Part shown: piece after piece, positions 56,954 through 64,000 of the stretch
Layout of the letters: every line of letters starts with the position of its first letter
Numbering within the stretch: position 1 is the first letter of the stretch
NCBI GenBank assembly: GCA_047601445.1
Contig: JASGJH010000001.1
Coordinates: forward strand, 4,576,001-4,640,000
DNA: 64,000 nucleotides
Source: Myxococcales bacterium
GTDB lineage: Bacteria > Myxococcota_A > Polyangia > Polyangiales > DASUME01
Direction of reading: 5' to 3'
Notes under the pieces: model-generated
Database searches by the model: none
Told to the model about the DNA's origin: nothing
The model's input: only the letters and a program-made list of their open reading frames with translations
Translations under genes and position numbers: made by a program

Positions 56954-58480
56954 TCAGCCCGAAGCGGTCGCGAGACCGCGCTCGACGCGGCTGCGATCGA
57001 GCAGGCGATACTGGATGGCTTCCGCCACGTGCTGGGCTCCGACCCGCGGCGCGCGCTCGAGATCGGCAATCGTGCGACTGACCCGCAGCACCTTCGTGTA
57101 TCCGCGAGCGGAGAGCCCGAGCGCATCGACTGCGCGGTCGAGCAGTCGCAAGGCGTCTTCGTCGGTGTCGGCCGCGGGCCCGGCGAGCGACGCGCCAGAG
57201 CCCAGCTCAGCACGCTCCCGTGCCCACGCGCGGGACGCCTCCACGCGAGAGCGCACGGTGACGCTGTCGTCGCCTGCGAGGCCCTCGCGCAAGATTCGCG
57301 CTTCCACGGGTTTGAGGGCGACGTGCATGTCGAAGCGATCGAGCAAGGGCCCAGAGATGCGTGTGCGGTAGCGCTCCACGCGATCGGGCGGGCACATGCA
57401 CAGCCGTCGCGGATCGTCCGCGTAGCCACAGGGGCACGGGTTCATGGCGCACACCACGAGAGGCCTCGCCGGCAGCTCGACGCGCTCATGGGTGCGCGCC
57501 ACCAGGGCGCGGCCTGACTCCATGGTGGGTCGCAGGCACTCGAGACTGCTACGGGAAAACTCGGGAAGTTCGTCCAGAAAGAGCACCCCGCCGTGCGCCA
57601 ACGTGACCTCACCGGGCTGAATCGGATTGCCGCCTCCAACGAGGGCCGCAGCGCTCAAGCTGTGATGCGGCGCGCGAAAGGGCCGCTCGACCTCGGATAG
57701 GCGCGCGGGGGTCGGACTGCCGGTGGCGCTCGCGATGGTGGCAATCTCGATCGCCTCTTCCTGACTCGGTCTCGGCAGCAGCGTAGGCAGGCGCTGAGCC
57801 AGCATGCTCTTGCCGGTGCCGGGCGGGCCCACCAACAACAAGTTGTGATTGCCTGCCGCAGCGACCTCCAGGGCGCGCTTGGCCGCGTACTGCCCGCGCA
57901 CGTCGCTGAGGTCCAGGGACGAGCTGCGGGGCAGGCAGGCCGTCGGTGTCAATGCGCGCGGCAACTCCAGGTCGCCGCGCAGATGAATGACCACGTCGCG
58001 CAAGCTGGCGGCACAGCGCACGTCCAGGCCTGGCACGAGCTGGGCTTCCGCCACGTTGGCGACGGGCACGATGGCGCGCCTGAAGCCACGTGCCTCGGCG
58101 GCACGCAGGTGCGACAGCACGCCACGCACCGCCCGCAGTTCTCCACCCAGGGCGAGCTCACCGAGAACCACCAGCTCGGGCAAGAAGCTCGGCGCCGCGA
58201 CGCCGCCCGCGCACAACAGAGCCAGCGCGATCGCCAGGTCGAGCCCAGAGCCGCTCTTACGCACGTCGGCGGGCGCCAGGTTGAGCACGACATGGCGGCT
58301 CGGCAGCTCGAGGCCCGAGCTCTCAAGCGCGGAGCGCACACGCACCCGACTCTCGCGCACCGCCGTATCCCCGAGGCCCACGATGTCCACACCGGGCAAG
58401 CCCTTGCCGAAGAAGGCTTGAACCTCGACTGCGATGGATTCGATGCCCGAGAGAGACGCGGAATGAACCGTGGCCAGCAT
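56954..58480 (-). CDS. comM: ComM/YifB Mg-chelatase-like AAA+ ATPase
   Basis: VRESRVRV, NLAPAD, GPPGTGKS, RPFRAPHH, PGEVTLAHGGVLFLDE, MNPCPCG, ISGPLLDRFD, LSARG. Confidence 0.95.
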   Translation of the reverse strand: MLATVHSASLSGIESIAVEVQAFFGKGLPGVDIVGLGDTAVRESRVRVRSALESSGLELPSRHVVLNLAPADVRKSGSGLDLAIALALLCAGGVAAPSFLPELVVLGELALGGELRAVRGVLSHLRAAEARGFRRAIVPVANVAEAQLVPGLDVRCAASLRDVVIHLRGDLELPRALTPTACLPRSSSLDLSDVRGQYAAKRALEVAAAGNHNLLLVGPPGTGKSMLAQRLPTLLPRPSQEEAIEIATIASATGSPTPARLSEVERPFRAPHHSLSAAALVGGGNPIQPGEVTLAHGGVLFLDELPEFSRSSLECLRPTMESGRALVARTHERVELPARPLVVCAMNPCPCGYADDPRRLCMCPPDRVERYRTRISGPLLDRFDMHVALKPVEARILREGLAGDDSVTVRSRVEASRAWARERAELGSGASLAGPAADTDEDALRLLDRAVDALGLSARGYTKVLRVSRTIADLERAPRVGAQHVAEAIQYRLLDRSRVERGLATASG

Positions 58481-58602
58481 GCCAGGCGACAGTGCACGCG
58501 CGGATCCGGGCGCCGCATCAATCGATCCAGTGGCTTGCCCGCTGGGCTCGGCGGAATCGACGGGGCCCGACGGCGACCGTCGCGCCTTTTTGCTAATTTG
58601 TC

Positions 58603-59793
58603 ATGGTCATGGAATTGCGCGCTCCACAACTCGGCGATCGCTCCCTGTTCCCGGACCTGGCCGCCCGTGCCTACCTGGCGCACGCCGCGGTGAGTCCCGT
58701 CTCGTCCCGCGTCGCGCAGGCCGTCCATCGCTGCCTCTCGGACTACGCCCAGCGCGGTGTCGCGGCCGCCATCGACATGGCCCGCCTTCGGGCCGACGCA
58801 CGCGCGCTGGCCGCTCAGCTCCTGCACGCCAACAGCAGCGAGATCGGTCTGGTGCAGAGCACCTCAGCCGGGGTGATCGCCATCGCCCGCTCGCTGCCCT
58901 TCTTACCCAAGCAGCGCGTCATCGTGTTCGAGGGGGAGTTTCCGGCCAACTTCACGCCCTGGCAGCTGGTGGCGCGAGACCTCGGCCTCGAGCTCGTGAG
59001 CCTCCCCCTGGCGGCCTTCCTGCGCAGCGACGAGGAAGGGCTTGCGCTGCTGCGTGGCGAGCTCGAGCGAGGAGCGCGGCTGGTGGCGGTGAGTGCGGTG
59101 CAGTTTCAGACCGGTCTGCGCATGCCGCTCAAGTCCATGGCCGAGCTCTGCCATGCCCACGGCGCCGAGCTGTTCGTGGATGCCATCCAGGCGCTCGGCG
59201 TGGTGCCCCTCGACGTGAAAGAGCTGGGCATCGACTACCTGGCAGCCGGCGGTCACAAGTTCATGATGGGCCTGGAGGGCGCGGGACTCTTGTATGTGCG
59301 CAACGAGTGTCTGCCAGCGCTCTCGCTGGGACTCGCAGGCTGGACTGGCCACGAAGACGCGTTCAGCTTCTTGATGGACGACCAGGCAGGCCAGCTGCGC
59401 TACGACCGGCCCCTGGTGCGCGCCACCACCTTCGTGGAGCAGGGCGCAGTCAGCATGGTGGGCTACGCGGCGCTCTCTGCTTCCCTCCAGATGCTGCTCG
59501 AGCTGGGCGTGTCGTCCATCTTCGACCATGTCGCGCACTACCTGGACTCGCTCGAGCCCGCGCTCCTGGCGCTCGGCCTCACGAGCGTTCGTGCACGGGA
59601 GCGAGCGCGTCAGTCTGCCATTCTCGCGTTCAAGCTTCCCCCGGGACCCGCCCTGACCCAGGTAGCGCGACGCCTTGGTGAGCAGGGCATCGTCGTCTCC
59701 ACGCCAGACGGACACCTGCGCTTGGCTCCCCATTTCGCCAACCACATCTCCGAAATCCCGGCGGTGGTGCTAGCCGTGCAGCGAGCGCTCTAG
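58603..59793 (+). CDS. Class V PLP-dependent aminotransferase / C-S lyase-like enzyme
   Basis: YLAHAAVSP, VQFQTG, FVDAIQALG, GGHKFMMG (PLP Lys), LRLAPH. Confidence 0.9.
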   Translation: MVMELRAPQLGDRSLFPDLAARAYLAHAAVSPVSSRVAQAVHRCLSDYAQRGVAAAIDMARLRADARALAAQLLHANSSEIGLVQSTSAGVIAIARSLPFLPKQRVIVFEGEFPANFTPWQLVARDLGLELVSLPLAAFLRSDEEGLALLRGELERGARLVAVSAVQFQTGLRMPLKSMAELCHAHGAELFVDAIQALGVVPLDVKELGIDYLAAGGHKFMMGLEGAGLLYVRNECLPALSLGLAGWTGHEDAFSFLMDDQAGQLRYDRPLVRATTFVEQGAVSMVGYAALSASLQMLLELGVSSIFDHVAHYLDSLEPALLALGLTSVRARERARQSAILAFKLPPGPALTQVARRLGEQGIVVSTPDGHLRLAPHFANHISEIPAVVLAVQRAL

Positions 59794-61049
59794 TTCGGGC
59801 GCGGCCACTCCAGCACGACGGTGGTGCCACGGCCGAGTCCAGATGCCAGACGGACGGAGCCTCCCGAGTTGGTCACGAGCTTGTATACCGTGGCCAAGCC
59901 CAAGCCCCGCGCCCGCCTGTCCCCCTTGGTGCTGAAGAAGGGCTCGAACACGCGGCGCTGAGTCTGCTCGTCCATGCCCACTCCGGTGTCCGCGACGGTG
60001 AGCCGGATGCTGCCGGCCTGGCCATTGTCGCGTTGCAGGAGCGAGACCTCGATGGTGAGCTTGCCACCGCCGAGCATCGCGTCGCGCGCGTTTACGGCCA
60101 GGTTGGTGATGATCTGCTCGAGCTCCGACCGCGTCACGGGCACGCGCAAGTTGCCGACCGGGTAGCGAACGCGCACCGACACGCCTTCCACTTCGAGCGT
60201 GCTCAAGAAGGCCTTCATGCCGTGCAGCACTTGGCGAGCGTCCGCCTGCTCGCCAGGTGCGACCGCGCCGTGCGCGGGTTGCGCGAAGGACGTCAGGTGA
60301 TTCACCAGACGCGCCCCCTGCTCTACCAGTGCTTCCACCTCGCGGACGAAGCTAGCGCGCGCAGAGGCGTCGTCCGACTTCGGCAGGTTGGCGAGCGCGC
60401 AGCGCGAGTAGACGGCCATCAAGATGTTGTTGAAGTCATGAGCCACGGTCGTGGCCATGCGCCCCAAGGACTCCATCACACGGGCGCGCTCGAGCTCCGT
60501 TTGAGCCTCCAAAAGCGCTCGATCGAGCCGCTCGCGCTCGGCCTGCTCGAAGTAGAGTCCGACCATGTCGGCTACCGTGGCCGCGAAGTCCGAGTCCCGC
60601 TTGCTCCAGGCGCGGCCGCCCGGGGTCATGCACTCGTGGCACAGAATGCCCACCGGCAAGCCTTGCTGGTAGATGGGACTGTCGAGCATGGCCGTCACAC
60701 CGCGCGTGCGCAGATACCCGTCCAGTTCCCGTGTGCGTGGGTCGCTGAAGGCGTCGTCGGCGGCAATGCAACGCCACTCGCGCAGAGCCTTGGCATAGGC
60801 TGGACAGGTGGCGAGGGAGATCGCTTGCTCACCGCCCAAGCTGTTGGAAGCGCGCTTGTAAAGGATACGGCACACCATGTTGGCTTCGCGCTCGTCGATC
60901 AGCCAGACACTGACGCGCTCGACGTCGAGTGTACGCGCGGACAGCTTGATCGCGTTCACCAACGCGCGTTCGTGTGCGCTACCGCTGGTGTGCACTCCAC
61001 GAATCAGCTGAATCCGTGCGGCTTCGCGCGTGCTCGGCGCTCCCTGCAT
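59790..61049 (-). CDS. GAF-sensor histidine kinase
   Basis: GAF (ERVSVW, DAFSDPRT, MLDSPI); VAHDFNN, NARDAM, DTGVGM, GLGLA. No receiver domain. Confidence 0.92.
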   Translation of the reverse strand: MQGAPSTREAARIQLIRGVHTSGSAHERALVNAIKLSARTLDVERVSVWLIDEREANMVCRILYKRASNSLGGEQAISLATCPAYAKALREWRCIAADDAFSDPRTRELDGYLRTRGVTAMLDSPIYQQGLPVGILCHECMTPGGRAWSKRDSDFAATVADMVGLYFEQAERERLDRALLEAQTELERARVMESLGRMATTVAHDFNNILMAVYSRCALANLPKSDDASARASFVREVEALVEQGARLVNHLTSFAQPAHGAVAPGEQADARQVLHGMKAFLSTLEVEGVSVRVRYPVGNLRVPVTRSELEQIITNLAVNARDAMLGGGKLTIEVSLLQRDNGQAGSIRLTVADTGVGMDEQTQRRVFEPFFSTKGDRRARGLGLATVYKLVTNSGGSVRLASGLGRGTTVVLEWPRPN

Positions 61050-61090
61050 CCTTGACGATAGCGCGTCACGCGCGGGCTGCTACCGACGCC

Positions 61091-63217
61091 CTACGGCTGC
61101 GGCTGGCGCCTCACGGCGATGACGGCCGGCACGGTCTCGTCCGCGTAGAACTCACTGCTCGCTCGCGACTCATGAGCTCGCCAGAACGCACGCAACGCTT
61201 CCTCGTCGAAGTCCTGTCGATCCGCGTTGGCAATCCTGCGCAGCGCGCGCCCGAGCAGCTCCGCCGACACCGGTCGATGCGCCGGGTCCCTGGCCATGCA
61301 ACGCGTGATCAACTGCGTGAGCTCGACCGGCGCCGTCGCGCGTACCGACTCGGGGAGCTCCGGCACCTCGGCCTCGAGCTCGCGACGCAGGACCTTTTCG
61401 GAAGTCCCCGACCCGAAGGGCAGCTCCGCGCTGAGGAGCCAGAAGCCCACACATCCCAGGGCGTACAGATCGGCCTGCACCGTCACTCGCTCACCCAGTG
61501 CTTGCTCGGGTGCCATGTAGCCCGGCGTGCCCGACACGTGCTTCCCTTCGGCATACCCGCTGCGTACCGTGAGCCCGAAGTCGAGCACCTTCACCAAGTC
61601 GAGCCACTCGGCCTGACGGCACAGGAACACATTGGCCGGTTTCAGGTCCCGATGCACGAGATCCATCGCGTGGGCCTCCTTCAGCGAGTCGCAGATCTGC
61701 GCCAGGATGTTGGCCACGCGCGTGGCGGGTTGCGGCCCGAAACGTGTAACCAGCTCCTGCAAATCGCAGCCGTCGAGCAGCTCCATGGCGAGGAAGTAGC
61801 GACCGTCGTTGGCGATGCCGAAGTCGTAGAGCGCTACCGTGTGCACCGAGTGCAGGCTGGCCAGGGCGCGCGCTTCGAGCAAGAACTGACGTTGCTCCTG
61901 TGCAATCCTGGCTTCGTCCTCGGAGCGGCTGCGGATCAACTTCAGCGCCGCGTCGCGCGCCAGCAGGCGATGACGTGCGCGGTGCACTTCCCCCATTCCG
62001 CCGCGCCGGATCAGCGCCACCAGCTCGTAGCTCCCGAGCTGCTCCAGCTCCTCGCGCGCTCTCTTCTCGCCGAGCTCTGCCTCCACCCGCTTGCGGCGCA
62101 ATCGCGCGATGTTCTCCGAAAGCAGCAGCGCGAGCAGCACGCCACCGATGGCCGTGAACGCCGTGGTGACCATGCCGACCATCGCTTCGCGCCGCGCCGC
62201 GTGGAAGAGCTCGGCCTCGGCGGATACCGTGGCCAGGCTGATCGGATCGCGGTCGAGCTTGGTGATGCTCGCGCGTGAAATGCGGTAAGCCTGCCCGGCC
62301 ACCTCGAAGGTGCGCGACGCACCATCGCTCAACGCGCTGAAGTAGGGCAGCGCGGCATGAAGCACAGGGTCGGGCAGTTCCCGCCAGTGCACGCTGTCAC
62401 GGCGCGCCCGGTCCCTGGGTCGCGGCATCCGCAAGCCCGAGGCAGCCAACACGCCTCCCCAGCTGTCGACGACCAGGCGGCGTTCACTCGGCGTGAGCGG
62501 GGCGCTCAGCAAGGCTTCGATGCCGGCCGTGTCGAAGTCCACGGTGAGCACGGCGCTGATGCGCCTGGGATCGAGCGGGTCGCCGAACAGCGGCTGCACC
62601 CGGGTGACGCCGGTCTCGAAGGTTGGCAGAAACAGATAGGGTGGCGTCCAGGCCCGGCTGGCGCGCACCCGCGCGATCTCGTAGTAGGGGCGCGTGCGCG
62701 GGTCGTAGTCGGTCTGCTCGAGCTTCGTACGCTGCAGCTTGCCCATCGGGTCGACCGTGTATTCCTCGCGAATCGCCCCGTGCTCGGTCTGTCGAACGAT
62801 CTCCGCGTAAGGGACCCACTGGTCGTCACGGCGAATCGCCAGGTGAGTACCGTCCGGCAGACTCACGCTGATGCGAGCCAGCCCCGCACGAGCGACCGAC
62901 AGTTCACGCATACGCGCCAACAACTGGAACGGTGCGGTGGTTGGAGCGAACTCCTCGACCAACGCTTGCAGCCGATTGAGCAGCGTGTCCGCGGCTCCCA
63001 GCGCGAAGTCGATGGAGAGCCGCACCTCGTTGGCGTTCTTGCGAAGGTCGCTCTCGGCGCGCGCCTCGCCCTGCCGACGCAGCGCGCGATAGGTCATGTA
63101 CGTCGAGGTCGATCCCACTAGCGTAACGAGGGCCAGCACGCTCAACGCCAGCACCGGAGGAGAGCCCAACACGTCGCTCAGACGTCCGCGCCAATCTCCC
63201 CGGCTAGCGGTGTTCAT
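61091..63217 (-). CDS. Cache-sensor transmembrane Ser/Thr kinase
   Basis: TM, extracytoplasmic domain with YDPRTRPYY..WTPPY..ETGVT..LTVD, TM, then GGMGEV, ALKLI, HRDLKPAN, LDFG, GTPGYMAPE. Start ATG 63217 (ATGA overlap). Confidence 0.9.
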   Translation of the reverse strand: MNTASRGDWRGRLSDVLGSPPVLALSVLALVTLVGSTSTYMTYRALRRQGEARAESDLRKNANEVRLSIDFALGAADTLLNRLQALVEEFAPTTAPFQLLARMRELSVARAGLARISVSLPDGTHLAIRRDDQWVPYAEIVRQTEHGAIREEYTVDPMGKLQRTKLEQTDYDPRTRPYYEIARVRASRAWTPPYLFLPTFETGVTRVQPLFGDPLDPRRISAVLTVDFDTAGIEALLSAPLTPSERRLVVDSWGGVLAASGLRMPRPRDRARRDSVHWRELPDPVLHAALPYFSALSDGASRTFEVAGQAYRISRASITKLDRDPISLATVSAEAELFHAARREAMVGMVTTAFTAIGGVLLALLLSENIARLRRKRVEAELGEKRAREELEQLGSYELVALIRRGGMGEVHRARHRLLARDAALKLIRSRSEDEARIAQEQRQFLLEARALASLHSVHTVALYDFGIANDGRYFLAMELLDGCDLQELVTRFGPQPATRVANILAQICDSLKEAHAMDLVHRDLKPANVFLCRQAEWLDLVKVLDFGLTVRSGYAEGKHVSGTPGYMAPEQALGERVTVQADLYALGCVGFWLLSAELPFGSGTSEKVLRRELEAEVPELPESVRATAPVELTQLITRCMARDPAHRPVSAELLGRALRRIANADRQDFDEEALRAFWRAHESRASSEFYADETVPAVIAVRRQPQP

Positions 63218-64000
63218 GCGGAAGCCACGCGCCGGATTGCGGCCGCGATGGGTCCCGGCACCTCTTCCTGCAAGAAGTGCCCCGCCTGGGTGCGCGTGAC
63301 GCGGGCACTCGGCAACAAGCGCTCGAGGTGCGTACGCACGCGACCAAGCACCGGATCGCGGTCGCCCCACACGAGCTCCACGGGCCCGCGATAGCCCGTG
63401 ATCACCATCTGCGCGCGCCCCAGCGCGGCCACGCTGGGATGCTCGAGCGAGTCCGGAACCATCCGAGCCAACGCCAACGGCGCCACATTGTCGCGCAGGG
63501 AACGCAGTGGGAAGCGATAGGCGCGCGCCACCTGGCCCCGAATGCTCCCCTTGTCTCCCTGCACCGTCCACAGCGCCGTCTGGGGAAAGCCCAGCCCACG
63601 GAACACGAGCTCCGACACCAGCGGCATGCGCGCGAAGCGATGGAACGGCGTGGGACGAAAGCCAGGGCGCGGAGGACCGACCACCGTGTTCAGCAGCACC
63701 AGTCCAGTGAGCAGGCTCGAATTCTCCGCGAAAGCCAGCAGGCCGATGGGCCCACCCCAATCCTGCCCGGCGAAGATGACGTCGCGCAGCTCCAACCACT
63801 CGAGCAGCCCGGCCATGATGCGCCCGTGGCGCTCCAGCTCGTGGAAGCTTGCCTCCCGGGGCTTGTCAGACAGCCCGAGCCCGACGATGTCCGGCATGAT
63901 CAGACGCAGCCGCTCTCCCGTGAGCTCGCGGGCCACTTTCCGCCACAGATAGCCCCAGGTCGGATTGCCGTGCAGCATGAACACGGGCCTGCCACGCGGG
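63214..64000 (-). CDS. Haloalkane dehalogenase/OleB-like alpha/beta hydrolase (5' partial)
   Basis: HGNPTWGYLWR, GLGLSDKP, GQDWGG (Asp nucleophile), WGDRDP, GHFLQE; continues beyond the window. Confidence 0.9.
   Translation of the reverse strand, partial: PRGRPVFMLHGNPTWGYLWRKVARELTGERLRLIMPDIVGLGLSDKPREASFHELERHGRIMAGLLEWLELRDVIFAGQDWGGPIGLLAFAENSSLLTGLVLLNTVVGPPRPGFRPTPFHRFARMPLVSELVFRGLGFPQTALWTVQGDKGSIRGQVARAYRFPLRSLRDNVAPLALARMVPDSLEHPSVAALGRAQMVITGYRGPVELVWGDRDPVLGRVRTHLERLLPSARVTRTQAGHFLQEEVPGPIAAAIRRVASA

Overview
High-GC bacterial chromosomal window. The gene repertoire (GltJ/AgmX-like protein, Cys-rich vWA lipoprotein, Hanks kinases, RecA1-like paralogue, MYXO-CTERM-like tail, sigma54 activator) points to Myxococcota; this is inference, and no searches were run. 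It contains about 48 CDS and one tRNA-Met(CAT) with a near-consensus sigma70 promoter. I saw no integrase, transposase, prophage or CRISPR array. Main blocks: an RND/MFP efflux pair without an outer-membrane factor; a partial lysine-degradation operon (kamD-kamE-kal-kce); a MocR regulator divergent from an FMN-binding/GNAT fusion; an orphan FliQ/FliR-like export-gate pair at the head of hpt-TPR-rlmN-like genes; a co-oriented signalling run (NtrC-like, REC-HD-GYP, surface proteins, MshEN-REC-TPR, GltJ-like); a five-gene envelope-spanning operon (lipoprotein, DUF1302-like, DUF1329-like, YCF48-like, MMPL/RND) flanked by a lipase-like gene, an ABC1 kinase and an AraC regulator; comM-recA; and several sensor kinases. 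Features outside the ORF track: a lipoprotein at the left edge that shares a C-x-GGPTTDFP motif with a second lipoprotein, a frameshifted beta-barrel remnant, a frame-switched membrane kinase, and five distinct kinds of palindromic intergenic repeat. All product calls come from recognising motifs by eye. The best candidates for an under-described system are the envelope lipid-trafficking island and the orphan export-gate pair.
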